Positions 38,984-51,926 of a stretch of 64,000 bases of DNA are shown here, one piece after another. Origin of the DNA: Alphaproteobacteria bacterium (GTDB lineage: Bacteria > Pseudomonadota > Alphaproteobacteria > Rhodospirillales > Rhodospirillaceae); NCBI GenBank assembly GCA_003246625.1, contig QJZR01000014.1, forward strand, positions 7,219 to 71,218. The letters run 5' to 3'. The notes under the pieces are model-generated. The model made no database searches and was not told the origin of the DNA. It worked only from the letters and a program-made list of their open reading frames with translations. Numbering within the stretch: position 1 is the stretch's first letter; every line of letters starts with the position of its first letter. The position numbers were made by a program, and so were the translations under genes.

Positions 38984-39270
38984 GGTCTTTCCCCTTTTTT
39001 AGGCGAACCAGCCCGAGGCCCCGTTCTCCTCTGTGAAAATACACGGGAGCCTCGTCGAAAGGCAAGGCGCGGATGGTGCCACGGCAGTTATCGCGCGCGC
39101 TAATCATTGCGTCCCGAAGATTTCCCGCCTTGCGCGGAGTCGGCGGAGGGGCTAGTTCTCGGAACCGATGTATGGTGCCGGAAAAGCGTGGGGCGGCACC
39201 GGAGGCCGGACGGAGCTGCGGCCGCGTGGTTCATGCCTCCTGGCGGCAGAATAGGACGGAGTGAAACAGG

Positions 39271-40239
39271 ATGACGGGAACGCTGGCCAATCCCTTGAAT
39301 TTCGCTCTGATCGGCGCTGCGGGTTATATCGCGCCGCGGCACATGGCGGCGATCAAGGAAACCGGAAACCGCCTGATCGCGGCGTTGGATCCCAACGATT
39401 CGGTGGGGATCATCGACAGCTTCTTTCCCGACGCGGACTTCTTCGTCGAGTTCGAACGTTTCGACCGCCACATCGACAAGTTGCGCCGCCGGGGAGCGGG
39501 GATCGACTTCATGTCGATCTGCTCGCCGAACTATTTACACGATGCGCACATGCGGTTCGCCCTGCGTGCGGGCGCCAACGCGATTTGCGAAAAGCCTCTG
39601 GTGCTCAACCCCTGGAATATCGACGGCATTGCCGAGATCGAGGTGGAGAGCGGCCGCCGCGTCTTCAACATCCTGCAATTGCGCCTGCATCCGGCGATCC
39701 AGGAATTGCGTCGCCGCGTCGCCGCCGCTCCGGCGGGAAAGGTCTTCGACGTCGATTTGACCTATCTGACTTCGCGCGGGCATTGGTACTACACCAGCTG
39801 GAAGGGCGACATTGCCAAGTCGGGGGGCGTGGCCACCAACATCGGGGTTCATTTCTTCGATATGCTGGCCTGGGTCTTCGGCAGGCGTCTGGACAGCCGT
39901 GTCCATCTGTTGCAGGCGGACGCGGCGAGCGGTCTGCTTTCCTACGAGAGGGCGCGGGTGCGCTGGTTCCTGTCGATCAACCAGGACCATTTGCCGGAAG
40001 CGGCGAAGACGGCGGGCAAGCGTACCTATCGCTCGATTCTGATCGAGGGCGAGGAATTGGAGTTCTCGGAAGGCTTCACCAATTTGCATACCGAGTCCTA
40101 TCGCGACATCCTGTCGGGCGGTGGGTTCGGCATCGAGGAATCGCGTGCATCGATCGAGGCGGTGCACGACATCCGTACGGCCGCGCCGTTGGGGTTGGTG
40201 GGGGACTATCATCCCCTTGCCGCTGCCGCCAAGGACTGA
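39271..40239 (+). CDS. wbpB: UDP-GlcNAcA 3-dehydrogenase, Gfo/Idh/MocA family (WbpB/WlbA-like)
   Basis: [44 protein letters not shown]. Confidence 0.9.
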   Translation: MTGTLANPLNFALIGAAGYIAPRHMAAIKETGNRLIAALDPNDSVGIIDSFFPDADFFVEFERFDRHIDKLRRRGAGIDFMSICSPNYLHDAHMRFALRAGANAICEKPLVLNPWNIDGIAEIEVESGRRVFNILQLRLHPAIQELRRRVAAAPAGKVFDVDLTYLTSRGHWYYTSWKGDIAKSGGVATNIGVHFFDMLAWVFGRRLDSRVHLLQADAASGLLSYERARVRWFLSINQDHLPEAAKTAGKRTYRSILIEGEELEFSEGFTNLHTESYRDILSGGGFGIEESRASIEAVHDIRTAAPLGLVGDYHPLAAAAKD

Positions 40240-40264
40240 ACCGCGAGCGAGAGGCTGGGGGGCG

Positions 40265-40843
40265 ATGAGCGTTTCCGATCAGGCGGTAATCCATTCCACC
40301 GCGATTGTCGATTCCGGCGCCGAAATCGGCGCGGGCACTCATGTTTGGCACTGGGTGCATATCTGCGGTGGCGCGCGGATCGGCAGGGATGGGTCGTTCG
40401 GGCAGAACGTCTTCGTTGGCAACCGGGTGGTCATCGGCGACCGGGTGAAGGTGCAGAACAACGTTTCGATCTACGACAACGTGACCCTGGAGGACGACGT
40501 CTTCTGCGGTCCCAGCATGGTCTTCACCAACGTCTACAACCCGCGCGCCCACGTTTCGCGCAAGGACGAGTACCGTGACACCCGCATTTGCCGCGGCGCA
40601 ACGCTGGGGGCCAACTGCACCATCGTCTGCGGTGTCACCGTGGGGGCCTATGCCTTGGTCGGCGCGGGCGCGGTGGTCACCCGCGACGTGCCGCCGCATG
40701 CCTTGATGGCCGGGGTTCCGGCGCGTCGTATGGGTTGGGTCAGCCACGCCGGGGAGATCCTCGACGAAACCCTGGTCTGCCCGCGGGAAGGACGCCGCTA
40801 TCGCGTCGAAGGCGATTATTTGGAGGAACTAGCTGATGTCTGA
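40265..40843 (+). CDS. wbpD: Hexapeptide-repeat N-acetyltransferase (WbpD/WlbB-like)
   Basis: [54 protein letters not shown]. Confidence 0.9.
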   Translation: MSVSDQAVIHSTAIVDSGAEIGAGTHVWHWVHICGGARIGRDGSFGQNVFVGNRVVIGDRVKVQNNVSIYDNVTLEDDVFCGPSMVFTNVYNPRAHVSRKDEYRDTRICRGATLGANCTIVCGVTVGAYALVGAGAVVTRDVPPHALMAGVPARRMGWVSHAGEILDETLVCPREGRRYRVEGDYLEELADV

Positions 40844-41960
40844 GACGTGTCTTCCGTTTATCGACCTGCAGGCGCAACAAGCGCGCCTGGGCGACCGGAT
40901 CGAGGTGGCAATCAGTCGCGTCCTTAAGCATGGGCAATATGTCATGGGACCGGAAGTTGCGGCGATCGAGAAGGAGCTGGCGGCCTTCGCTGGCGTGCGG
41001 CACGCGATCAGTTGCGCCAGCGGCACAGACGCCCTGGTGATGGCCTTGATGGCTTGGGAGATCGGGCCTGGCGACGCGGTGTTCGTCCCTTCGTTCTCCT
41101 TCATTGCCACGGCGGAATGCGTTGCCCTGGTCGGCGCGACGCCGATGTTCCTAGACGTGTTGCCGGGTACCTTCGATCTTGATGTCGCAGGGCTCGACAG
41201 TGCGGTGGCGGCGGCCAAAAAATTGGGGCTGCGGCCTCGGGTGGTGATCCCGGTCGATCTGTTCGGCTTGCCCGCCGATCATCTTGCGGTGGCCGCGGCT
41301 GCATCGCGGCACGATCTGTTGATCCTTGACGACGCGGCGCAGGGGTTTGGCGGCAGTCTAGATAATCGGCGCGTCGGCTGCTTTGGCCATGCCACCGCGA
41401 CCAGCTTCTTTCCGGCCAAGCCGTTGGGCTGCTATGGCGACGGTGGTGCGGTTTTTACCGACGATGACGACATGGCGGAGCGTTTGGTGTCGGTTCGCGT
41501 GCATGGTCAGGGTTGCGACAAATACAATAACGTGCGGATTGGCCTCAACGCTCGGCTGGACACGATCCAGGCGGCGGTACTGCTGGAGAAGCTGACGGTT
41601 TTCCCCGAGGAACTGGAGGCGCGGCAACGTATTGCCGAGCGGTATACCGCGGCCTTGGGCCGCTGCGTCGAAACCCCGGCGGCGCGTCCAGGCGCGCGTT
41701 CGGCCTGGGCGCAGTACACCATCCAGGTGGAAGATCGCGAGGCGGTGGTGGCCGCTTGCAAGGCGGCGGGGGTGCCGACCCAGATCTATTATCCGATCCC
41801 GATGCATGCGCAGACCGGCTATGCCGGTTATCCGCAGGTGCCGGGCGGTTGCCCGGTTTCGGACCGTCTGGCGAAGCGGGTGCTCAGCTTGCCGATGCAC
41901 CCGTATCTGAGCGAGACCGATCAGGACCGGATCATCGCGGCGGTACGGCTCGCCGCCTGA
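40836..41960 (+). CDS. wbpE: DegT/DnrJ/EryC1/StrS aminotransferase (WbpE/WlbC-like)
   Basis: [51 protein letters not shown]. Confidence 0.9.
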   Translation: MSETCLPFIDLQAQQARLGDRIEVAISRVLKHGQYVMGPEVAAIEKELAAFAGVRHAISCASGTDALVMALMAWEIGPGDAVFVPSFSFIATAECVALVGATPMFLDVLPGTFDLDVAGLDSAVAAAKKLGLRPRVVIPVDLFGLPADHLAVAAAASRHDLLILDDAAQGFGGSLDNRRVGCFGHATATSFFPAKPLGCYGDGGAVFTDDDDMAERLVSVRVHGQGCDKYNNVRIGLNARLDTIQAAVLLEKLTVFPEELEARQRIAERYTAALGRCVETPAARPGARSAWAQYTIQVEDREAVVAACKAAGVPTQIYYPIPMHAQTGYAGYPQVPGGCPVSDRLAKRVLSLPMHPYLSETDQDRIIAAVRLAA

Positions 41961-41969
41961 TTCCGTTCC

Positions 41970-43031
41970 TTATTCCGCGTGGCGGGTCTTCGTGCGTTTC
42001 GCGGCGCGCTCCAGGTCGGCGGCGACCATTTCCTTGACCAGTTCGGGAAACGGCGTGGTGTGTTTCCAGCCGAGCACGGTGTGTGCCTTGGTCGGGTCGC
42101 CAAGCAGAAGTTCCACCTCGGTGGGGCGGAAGTAGCGCGGGTCCACCCGCACCAGCACCGCGCCGGAGGCGGCGTCGATCCCGACCTCGTCCACGCCTTC
42201 CCCTCGCCACTCGACGCGGCGGCCGGCCTCGGCGAAGGCCAGTTCGACGAATTCGCGCACCGAGTGGGTTTCGCCGGTGGCCAGAACGTAGTCGCTGGGG
42301 GCGTCCTGTTGCAGGATGCGCCACATCCCTTCCACGTAGTCGCGCGCATGGCCCCAGTCGCGCTTGGCGTCGAGGTTGCCGAGGTAGAGGCAATCCTGCT
42401 GCCCATGGGCGATGGCGGCCACCGCCATGGTGATCTTGCGGGTAACGAAGGTTTCGCCGCGGATCGGGCTTTCGTGGTTGAACAGGATGCCGTTGGAAGC
42501 ATGCATGCCATAGGCTTCGCGGTAGTTCACCGTGATCCAGTAGGCATAGATCTTCGCCGCCGCGTAGGGGCTGCGCGGATAGAAGGGCGTGGTTTCGCGC
42601 TGCGGCGTTTCCTGCACCTTGCCGTAAAGCTCGGAGGTCGAGGCCTGATAGAAGCGGGTCTTCTGTTCCAGGCCGAGAATGCGGATCGCCTCCAGCAGGC
42701 GCAGGGTGCCGAGGGCGTCGGAATTGGCGGTGTACTCGGCGGTCTCGAAGCTCACCTGCACGTGGCTCTGCGCGGCGAGGTTATAGATCTCGTCGGGCTG
42801 TACCTCCTGCACCAGGCGGATCAGGTTGGTGGCGTCGGTCATGTCGCCGTAGTGCAGGCGATATTTCACCTCGCCCGCGTGCGGATCCTGGTAGAGGTGG
42901 TCGATACGGCCGGTGTTGAACGACGAGGACCGGCGTTTTACCCCGTGGACCTCGTAGCCCTTGGCGAGCAGCAGTTCCGACAGATAGGCTCCGTCCTGGC
43001 CGGTGACCCCGGTGATCAGCGCACGTTTCAT
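41970..43031 (-). CDS. gmd: GDP-mannose 4,6-dehydratase
   Basis: [57 protein letters not shown]. Confidence 0.97.
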   Translation of the reverse strand: MKRALITGVTGQDGAYLSELLLAKGYEVHGVKRRSSSFNTGRIDHLYQDPHAGEVKYRLHYGDMTDATNLIRLVQEVQPDEIYNLAAQSHVQVSFETAEYTANSDALGTLRLLEAIRILGLEQKTRFYQASTSELYGKVQETPQRETTPFYPRSPYAAAKIYAYWITVNYREAYGMHASNGILFNHESPIRGETFVTRKITMAVAAIAHGQQDCLYLGNLDAKRDWGHARDYVEGMWRILQQDAPSDYVLATGETHSVREFVELAFAEAGRRVEWRGEGVDEVGIDAASGAVLVRVDPRYFRPTEVELLLGDPTKAHTVLGWKHTTPFPELVKEMVAADLERAAKRTKTRHAE

Positions 43032-44020
43032 TTCGAGACTTTCGTTTCCGTGTCGGGGGAAAGGCCGCGAAGCTCCGTCCCGTGTTGCAGGAACCAGTGG
43101 TAATAGGCGCGAAGTCCCTCGCCAAGGGGGATTTTCTTTCGCCAGCCCATTTCCCGCAGGCGCGTGGAATCGAGCAGCTTGCGCGGCATGCCGTCGGGCC
43201 GGGTGGGATCGAAGCGTAGCTTTCCGGCATAGTCCACCGCCGTGGCGATCAGACGGGCGAAGTCGGCGATGCTGACCTCGTCGCCCGAGCCGACGTTGAC
43301 GATTTCCTCGCCCGAATAGTGCCGCATCAGGAAAACGCAGGCGTCGGCCATGTCGTCGACGTGCAGGAACTCGCGCAGCGGCGTGCCGGTGCCCCAGATC
43401 TCCACTTCGGGCGCGTTCGCCTGCTTCGCCTCGTGAAAACGGCGGAGCAGGGCGGCGGGGACGTGGCTGTTGAGGGGGTGGAAGTTGTCGCCCGGACCGT
43501 AGAGGTTGGTGGGCATGGCGGAGATGTAGTCGCGGCCGTATTCGCGGCGATATGCCGCCGCCAGCTTGATCCCGGCGATCTTGGCCAGGGCGTACCATTC
43601 GTTGGTGGGTTCCAGCGGTCCGGTCAGCAGGGCTTCCTCGGGGATCGGCTGCGGCGCCTCGCGCGGATAGATGCACGACGAGCCGAGGAACAGCAGGCGG
43701 CCGACGTCGTTCGCGTGCGCCGCGCGGATGACGTTGGCGGCGATCATCAGATTTTCGTACAGGAAGGCGGACGGCATCGTGGAATTGGCGTGGATGCCGC
43801 CGACCTTCGCCGCGGCGAGGAAAATGGCGTCCGGGCGCGCGTCGGCCATCCAGGCCTCCACCGCGTCCTGGCGGGTGAGGTCGAGTTCGCGGTGGGAGGC
43901 GGTGAGCACGGTACAGGATTCGCCAGCGAGCGCCCGAACGATCGCCGCCCCCACCATGCCGGTGTGTCCGGCGACCCAGACGCGTTTCCCGGCCAGGGAA
44001 TAGGAATAACCTTCGCTCAT
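43028..44020 (-). CDS. fcl: GDP-L-fucose synthase
   Basis: [59 protein letters not shown]. Confidence 0.96.
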   Translation of the reverse strand: MSEGYSYSLAGKRVWVAGHTGMVGAAIVRALAGESCTVLTASHRELDLTRQDAVEAWMADARPDAIFLAAAKVGGIHANSTMPSAFLYENLMIAANVIRAAHANDVGRLLFLGSSCIYPREAPQPIPEEALLTGPLEPTNEWYALAKIAGIKLAAAYRREYGRDYISAMPTNLYGPGDNFHPLNSHVPAALLRRFHEAKQANAPEVEIWGTGTPLREFLHVDDMADACVFLMRHYSGEEIVNVGSGDEVSIADFARLIATAVDYAGKLRFDPTRPDGMPRKLLDSTRLREMGWRKKIPLGEGLRAYYHWFLQHGTELRGLSPDTETKVSK

Positions 44021-45381
44021 CGACAGTCTCCGATCAGGGCAGAAATCGCGGTCAGATGCCGGGCGACGGCGGGTTCGTCGCCCCGGCTTTCGATATTGAG
44101 GCGCAGCAGCGGCTCGGTGTTGGAACGGCGCAGGTTGAAGCGCCAGTCCGGGAACTCCAGGGAGACGCCGTCGGTGTCGTCGCGCTTGGGCCCCAGCGGC
44201 AGGTAGTGGTCGAGGATGCGGGCGGTGGCCGCCGCCGCGTCGGTTTCGAAGTTGATCTCGCCGCTGCAGGGAAAGGCGGCCATGCGTTCGCCCACCAGGG
44301 CGGCCAGGCTGCTGCCGCTTTTTCCCATCAGTCCGGCGACCAGCAACCAGGGGATCATGCCGCTGTCGCAATAGGCGAAGTCGCGGAAATAGTGATGGCC
44401 GCTCATCTCGCCGCCATAGACCGCATCCTCGGCGCGCATGCGTTCCTTGATGAAGGCGTGGCCGGTCTTGCACCGCACCGGAACGCCGCCCATGCGGCGG
44501 ACATCGGCGACGGTGCTCCATTCCAGGCGCGGGTCGTGGACGATTTTTGCGCCGGGATGCTTTTCCAGCATCGCGCAGGCGAGCAGGCCGACCAGATAGT
44601 AGCCCTCGATGAAATGGCCTTCCGCGTCGTAGAGGAAGCAGCGGTCGGCGTCGCCGTCCCAGGCAACGCCCAGGTCGGCCTTGGCGTCGCGCACCGCCCG
44701 TGCGGTCTTTTCGCGCATCTCGGGCAGCAGCGGGTTGGGAATGCCGTCGGGGAAGTCGCCGTCGGGCTTGCAACGCACCGGCACGATGCGGCAGGGCAGG
44801 CGCTTCGCCAGTTCGGCGACGATCGGCCCGGCGCAGCCGTTGCCCGCGTCGGCGACGATGGTCAGGCGGGCCAGCGCGGACGTGTCCACATACCCCAGCA
44901 GATGGTCGAGATAGGCGGCGCGGTCGGCATCGCGGCGCACCCGTCCCGGTTTCGCCGCGGAGGGCGGCGCGGCGGCCAGGGCTTCGGCGCGGTCGCGGAT
45001 GGCGGTAAGCCCGGAATCGCCCGAGATCGGACGCGCGCCCCGGCGCACCAGCTTCATGCCGTTGTAGCCCTTGGGGTTGTGGCTGGCGGTGACCATGATG
45101 CCGCCGCCGACACCGTCCTTTTCGCGGTGGGCGGTCTGGAAATAGACCTCCTCCGTCGCGCAAAGGCCGATGTCCACCACGTCGGAACCGCCTTCGGCCA
45201 AGCCCGCGATCAGGGCGGCGGCCAGTTCCGGGCTTTCCAGGCGGGCGTCGCGGCCGACCACGGTGGTTCCGGGGGCGATTTCCTCGGCGAAGGCGCGGCC
45301 GATGCGCCGCGCGATGTCGGCGTTCAGGGTGGCGGGAACCTCGCCACGGATGTCGTAGGCCTTGAAGCAGGACAGGGTCAT
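44017..45381 (-). CDS. manB: Phosphomannomutase
   Basis: [49 protein letters not shown]. Confidence 0.95.
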   Translation of the reverse strand: MTLSCFKAYDIRGEVPATLNADIARRIGRAFAEEIAPGTTVVGRDARLESPELAAALIAGLAEGGSDVVDIGLCATEEVYFQTAHREKDGVGGGIMVTASHNPKGYNGMKLVRRGARPISGDSGLTAIRDRAEALAAAPPSAAKPGRVRRDADRAAYLDHLLGYVDTSALARLTIVADAGNGCAGPIVAELAKRLPCRIVPVRCKPDGDFPDGIPNPLLPEMREKTARAVRDAKADLGVAWDGDADRCFLYDAEGHFIEGYYLVGLLACAMLEKHPGAKIVHDPRLEWSTVADVRRMGGVPVRCKTGHAFIKERMRAEDAVYGGEMSGHHYFRDFAYCDSGMIPWLLVAGLMGKSGSSLAALVGERMAAFPCSGEINFETDAAAATARILDHYLPLGPKRDDTDGVSLEFPDWRFNLRRSNTEPLLRLNIESRGDEPAVARHLTAISALIGDCR

Positions 45382-45424
45382 GGCCGGGCGGTCCGATTCC
45401 GGAGGTGGAGCGGTTTCCTCGGCA

Positions 45425-46426
45425 TCAGAAAAGCAATCCGTCGAGGGGTTGACCGTCGAGGCGGGCGCGTTCCGCTAGGGCCATGCGGCGCGCCACTTCG
45501 TGCATGCGGGTGCGGGCCGTCCAGCCGAGCTTTTCCTTCGCCTTGGCGGCGGAGCCGAAGCCGTAGTGGATTTCCGAGGGCCGCAGCAGCGATGGGTCGC
45601 TGGCCACGTGTTCCCGCCAGTCGAGGCCGAAGGCGGAAAATGCCGCCGCCGCGAAATCTGACAGCGGGTTGACCTCGCCGGTGGCGATGACGAAGTCCTC
45701 GGGCTCCGGCCGTTGCAGCATCGCCCACATCGCTTCCACGTATTCCGGCGCCCAGCCCCAGTCGCGTTGCACCGACAGGTCGCCCAGGCTGACCGTGCCG
45801 CCGCCGTCGCGGGCGATGCGCGCCGCCGCCGCCGTGATCTTGCGGGTGACGAAGCGGCCGGGCCGTATCGGCGATTCGTGGTTGAACAGGATGCCCGAGC
45901 AGGCGAACAGGCCATAGCTCTCGCGGTAGTTGGCCACCTCCCAGAAGGCGGTGGACTTGGCCACCGCATAGGGGCTGCGCGGCCGGAAGGGGGAGGATTC
46001 GTCCGCCGCGACGTCGCCGGTGTTGCCGAAGCATTCCGACGATCCGGCGTTGTAGAAACGGATCGGCGCGGCCAGGAAGCGCAAGGCCTCCAGCACGTTC
46101 AAGGTAGCGGTGGCGATGCTTTCCAGGGTCTCCACCGGCTGCTGGAACGAGAGCCAGACCGAGCTTTGCCCCGACAGGTTATAGATCTCGTCCGGTTCCA
46201 CCCGCGCGATTGTCTGCAACACGCTGCGGAAATCGGTGAGAGCGGTGGAATGTACCGTCACCCGGTCGCGCAGGCCGAGGGTGGCGAGGTTGGCGAACGA
46301 ACTGGCCTCGGCATCGCGCGAGGTGCCATGCACCGCATAGCCCTTGCTCAGCAGAAGATGCGACAGATAGCCGCCATCCTGGCCGGAAATGCCGAATATC
46401 AGCGCGGTCTTGCGAGGTGACGCCAT
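45425..46426 (-). CDS. gmd: Second GDP-mannose 4,6-dehydratase-like enzyme
   Basis: [51 protein letters not shown]. Confidence 0.88.
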   Translation of the reverse strand: MASPRKTALIFGISGQDGGYLSHLLLSKGYAVHGTSRDAEASSFANLATLGLRDRVTVHSTALTDFRSVLQTIARVEPDEIYNLSGQSSVWLSFQQPVETLESIATATLNVLEALRFLAAPIRFYNAGSSECFGNTGDVAADESSPFRPRSPYAVAKSTAFWEVANYRESYGLFACSGILFNHESPIRPGRFVTRKITAAAARIARDGGGTVSLGDLSVQRDWGWAPEYVEAMWAMLQRPEPEDFVIATGEVNPLSDFAAAAFSAFGLDWREHVASDPSLLRPSEIHYGFGSAAKAKEKLGWTARTRMHEVARRMALAERARLDGQPLDGLLF

Positions 46427-46493
46427 GGAAAGGTCCGGGCCGGAGAAAGGGAAAAGCCGAAGGCGGGAATTGTCGGCGAGGCGGGGGGCAAAG

Positions 46494-47132
46494 TCAATTC
46501 GAGGGCCCGGTCGCGCCGAGGGCGTCGATCCGCGCGGCGATGCCGGAAAGATCGTCGAGCAAGTCCTCGGCATCGGGGCATCGCGCCAAGCTGCCGTCGG
46601 TGAGGCCGACGAAGGCGCAGCCCACCGCCCGGGCGCCCGCGCGGTCGTCGGCGCCGTCGCCCACCATCAGCATTTCGGCGGGCGCGCAAGCGGCGGCGGC
46701 CAGGATCGCGCGCAGGTTCGGTTCCTTGCTGGCGTGGCCACCCAACACCCCGGCGAAGCTGTCCGGCGGATAGCGCCGCGCCACCACGGCGCGCAGGGGC
46801 GCCTCGGGCGTCGCGCTGTTGATCCAGGCGGGGATGCCCCGCCGCCGCAACTCGGCCAGGCAGGCGTCTGCGCCGCGCCGTTCCGGACAGGCCAGGATGC
46901 GGGTTTCGCACCAGGCGCCATAGGCCTCCGCCAAGTCCCCGGCGTCGGCGCCGTGGCGCGCGGCGAAGGCGGCCATGATCGCGAACCGGTCGCCCGGCGG
47001 GTCGGCGAGCAGGCGTTCCATTTCCGCCGCGCCGCCGGGGAAGCCGTTGGCCACCGCGAAAAAGCCGTCCCGCTTGATCGCGTTGGACAGCACCAGGGTG
47101 CCGTCGAAATCGAACACCACGCAGCGGATCAT
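46494..47132 (-). CDS. HAD family hydrolase
   Basis: VVFDFDGTLVLS motif I, NSATP motif II, MVGDGADD motif IV; ATGA overlap with EVE gene. Confidence 0.9.
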   Translation of the reverse strand: MIRCVVFDFDGTLVLSNAIKRDGFFAVANGFPGGAAEMERLLADPPGDRFAIMAAFAARHGADAGDLAEAYGAWCETRILACPERRGADACLAELRRRGIPAWINSATPEAPLRAVVARRYPPDSFAGVLGGHASKEPNLRAILAAAACAPAEMLMVGDGADDRAGARAVGCAFVGLTDGSLARCPDAEDLLDDLSGIAARIDALGATGPSN

Positions 47133-47542
47133 GGCGCCACCCCGCCCATCGCGCAGATGCGCGCCCAGGCGTCGTCGGGTACCGGCATCACCGACAGGCG
47201 CACCTGCTTCACCAGCGCCAGCTCGGCCAGTCGTGGATCGGCCTTGATCTCCGCCAGGGTCACCGGATGGGGCAGGGGCGCCGCCGCCCGGACCATCACC
47301 TGGACGAAGCGGCCGGAGGGATCGCCGGGGTCGGGCTCCGCCTCGCCCACCACTTCGAGAATGCCGACGATCCGCTTTTCGGTCACCGAGTGATAGAAGA
47401 ACGCGGTGTCGCCGACGCGCATCGCCTTCAGGTTCTTCGCCGCCTGATGGTTGCGCACGCCGTTCCACGGCGCGGCGTCCACCGCCACCTGGTGCGCCCA
47501 CCCCCACTCGTTCGGTTCGGACTTCATCAGCCAATGCGCCAT
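47129..47542 (-). CDS. EVE domain protein
   Basis: HWLMKSEP, WNGVRNHQA, MRVGDTAFFYHS, RLSVMPV. Confidence 0.95.
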   Translation of the reverse strand: MAHWLMKSEPNEWGWAHQVAVDAAPWNGVRNHQAAKNLKAMRVGDTAFFYHSVTEKRIVGILEVVGEAEPDPGDPSGRFVQVMVRAAAPLPHPVTLAEIKADPRLAELALVKQVRLSVMPVPDDAWARICAMGGVAP

Positions 47543-47554
47543 GTCGGGGCTCCC

Positions 47555-47737
47555 AAAACCCGCGGGCTCCGCCCGCACCCGTAAAGGGCCGCTGGCCCTT
47601 TGATCCCATTCCTTAAGGCTTTTGCGCGAAGCGCGACAGGACGGTCGCTTCCGCGCGATGGTCGATTGCCGCTGACGCGGCGAAAAACCATAACGCATGG
47701 GATGCGCGAAAGGCCCAAGGCCCTTCGCAACGTTTTT
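47555..47737. repeat. Dispersed palindromic repeat, copy 6 (reverse orientation, inside the tsaD operon)
   Basis: AAAACCCGCGGGCTCCGCCC, AAAGGGCC-GCT-GGCCCTTTGATCCC, core CGCGGCGAAAAA, GCGCGAAAGGCCCAAGGCCCTTCGC. Confidence 0.9.
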
Positions 47738-48018
47738 TACCCCGCCAGCGGCAAGACCTTCTTGAAGCGGCGGACGGTGACGCTTTCGAACAGTCCGGCC
47801 TTGGCGTAGGGGTCGGCGGCGAGGATGGCGTCCAGGGTCTTCCGGTCCGGCGCCTCGACCACCAGCAGCGAGCCGATCATCCGTTCGCCGTCGTCGGCAA
47901 GCAGCGGCCCGCCGACGACGATCGGTTGGAGCTTGGCGTACTCCAGGTGGGCGGGGCGGTTGGCCAGCCGCAGATCGGCGGCGCCGGGTTTGTCGAGGCA
48001 GGTGACGGCGAACAGCAT
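47737..48018 (-). CDS. YciI family protein
   Basis: DKPGAADLRLANRPAHLEY, GGPLL, IGSLLVVEA, DPYAKAGLF. Confidence 0.93.
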   Translation of the reverse strand: MLFAVTCLDKPGAADLRLANRPAHLEYAKLQPIVVGGPLLADDGERMIGSLLVVEAPDRKTLDAILAADPYAKAGLFESVTVRRFKKVLPLAG

Positions 48019-48033
48019 GGTCTTCTCCGCTTT

Positions 48034-49029
48034 TCAGTCCCGTTCGGCGCGCAAGGGTCGGGCGAGGAGGTCGGTGATGGTTTGGCCGATGTCGGCGCCG
48101 TCGAACAGCACCGCGGCGACGGCGCTGGCGATCGGCATGTCGATGCCGGTCTTGGCGGCAAGGTCGCGGGCGGCGCGCGCGGTGGCGACGCCCTCGGTGA
48201 CGGCGCGCCGTTCGCCGAGGACCTCGGCGAGGGTGCGGCCCTGTCCCAGGGCGACGCCGAGCGAGAAGTTGCGCGACAGCATCGAGGTGGCGGTGAGGAT
48301 CAAATCGCCCAGTCCGGCCAGTCCCATCAGCGACACCGGGTTGGCCCCCTTGGCGGCGGCCAGACGGGTGATCTCGGCCAGGCCGCGGGTGATCAGGGCG
48401 GCCTGGGCGTTGTGGCCGAGGTCGCGGCCGGAAACGATGCCGCAGGCGATGGCCAGCACGTTCTTCACCGCGCCGCCGACCTCGGCGGCGATTACGTCCT
48501 GCGACCAATAGGGGCGGAAGCCGGGGGCGCCGACCGCGTGCGCCAGCTTGCGGGCCAGGGTTTCGTCGGCGCAGGCCAGGGTGATCGCGGTGGGCTGTCC
48601 CTTCGCCACCTCGGCGGCGAAGGTGGGGCCGGACAGCACCCCCCAGGGGGCACGCGGCAGTTCCTGGGTCAGGACCTCGCTCATCAGGGCGAAGGAGCCT
48701 TCCTCGATGCCCTTGGAGCACATCACCACCGGCACGCCGGGGCGGTAATGGCGGCAGAAATCGCGCAGCACCGGGCGGGCGAACTGCGCCGGGGTCACCC
48801 ACAGTACCACGTCGGCGTTGGCGGCGATGTCGCGCAAGTCGCTGGTGGCGGCGATGGCGGGGTCCAGGCGCACCCCGGGCAGGAACACCGAGTTCTCGTG
48901 TGCGGCGTTGATGCCTTCGACCACGTCGGTTTCGTGCGCCCACAGGGTGACCGGCCTGCCGGCGCTGGCCGCGGTGATGGCGAGCGCGGTGCCCCAGGCG
49001 CCGCCGCCGACGATACCGATCCGTTCCAT
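48034..49029 (-). CDS. gpsA: NAD(P)H-dependent glycerol-3-phosphate dehydrogenase
   Basis: GGGAWGTALA, CSKGIE, LSGPTFAAEV, GGAVKNVLAIACG, GLAGLGDLILT. Confidence 0.97.
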   Translation of the reverse strand: MERIGIVGGGAWGTALAITAASAGRPVTLWAHETDVVEGINAAHENSVFLPGVRLDPAIAATSDLRDIAANADVVLWVTPAQFARPVLRDFCRHYRPGVPVVMCSKGIEEGSFALMSEVLTQELPRAPWGVLSGPTFAAEVAKGQPTAITLACADETLARKLAHAVGAPGFRPYWSQDVIAAEVGGAVKNVLAIACGIVSGRDLGHNAQAALITRGLAEITRLAAAKGANPVSLMGLAGLGDLILTATSMLSRNFSLGVALGQGRTLAEVLGERRAVTEGVATARAARDLAAKTGIDMPIASAVAAVLFDGADIGQTITDLLARPLRAERD

Positions 49030-49054
49030 GCGTTCTTCCCCCAGTTGCATCGGT

Positions 49055-51155
<2,101 letters not shown>

Positions 51156-51165
51156 GGGGGCGGCG

Positions 51166-51891
51166 ATGCGGGTTCTGGTCACCCGGCCGCGCGCCGACGC
51201 GGTCAACACCGTGCAACGATTGACCTCACGCGGCGTCGAAGCGCTGGTTGAGCCGATTCTCGACATCCGTTTCCTGCCCGCGCCGCCGATCGACCTGACG
51301 GCGGCGCAGGCGTTTCTGGTGACCAGCGCCAACGGCGTGCGGGCGCTGGCGGCGGCGACGCCCGAACGCGCCCTGCCGGTGTTCACGGTGGGCGACGCCT
51401 CGGCGGCGGCGGCGCGGGACCTGGGGTTCGCCTCGGTGCGGGCGGCGGGCGGCGACGTGAACGACCTGGCCGACCTGGTGGCGGCGGTGCTTTCCCCCGC
51501 CGACGGCGCGCTGATCCAGGCGGCGCCGAATGTCGAGGCGGGGGACCTGTCCGGCCTTCTTACCGCCTCTGGATTCGAGGTGCGCAAGGTCAAGTTGTAC
51601 GAATCGCGGGCCGCCGAAAGCCTGTCGCCGGAACTGGTGGAAGGCTTGAAAACCGCGCGCATCGACGCGGCGATGTTTTTTTCGCCCCGCACCGCGCGGA
51701 CTTTCGTTACTCTGGCGGAAAAGGCGGGGGTGGACGACAGGCTGCTGCCGGTCACCGCTTATGCCCTGTCCCCGGCGGTCGCCGGGGCCTTGCGGACGGT
51801 GGAATGGCGCGCGGTGCGCGTGGCCTCCCGTCCGGAACAGAAGGTTTTGTTTGCGGTCTTCGATGCCGACCGCGCGGCGGGAGAAATCTAG
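51166..51891 (+). CDS. hemD: Uroporphyrinogen-III synthase
   Basis: [36 protein letters not shown]; follows hemC. Confidence 0.92.
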   Translation: MRVLVTRPRADAVNTVQRLTSRGVEALVEPILDIRFLPAPPIDLTAAQAFLVTSANGVRALAAATPERALPVFTVGDASAAAARDLGFASVRAAGGDVNDLADLVAAVLSPADGALIQAAPNVEAGDLSGLLTASGFEVRKVKLYESRAAESLSPELVEGLKTARIDAAMFFSPRTARTFVTLAEKAGVDDRLLPVTAYALSPAVAGALRTVEWRAVRVASRPEQKVLFAVFDADRAAGEI

Positions 51892-51926
51892 CGGCAGACG
51901 GCCGCGGCAAAGGTGGAGAACGGTCG

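Noticed and set aside
39040-39075. c-di-GMP-I (GEMM) riboswitch near the diguanylate cyclase (GTC-GAAA-GGC)
   Set aside because: Only a GNRA-like hairpin; the GGCAAA and GACGCAAAG elements and the second stem are missing.
47132-47609. ORF N-terminal extensions such as MGSKGQRPFTGAGGARGF, MRVWAEPTGF (24769) and MMALSRCAQK (35126)
   Set aside because: These are translations of the repeat arms; true starts with RBS or family-typical N-termini lie downstream.
7004-47737. CRISPR array interpretation of the repeats
   Set aside because: Copies are dispersed kilobases apart, 170-200 bp long, not separated by spacers, and no cas genes are present.
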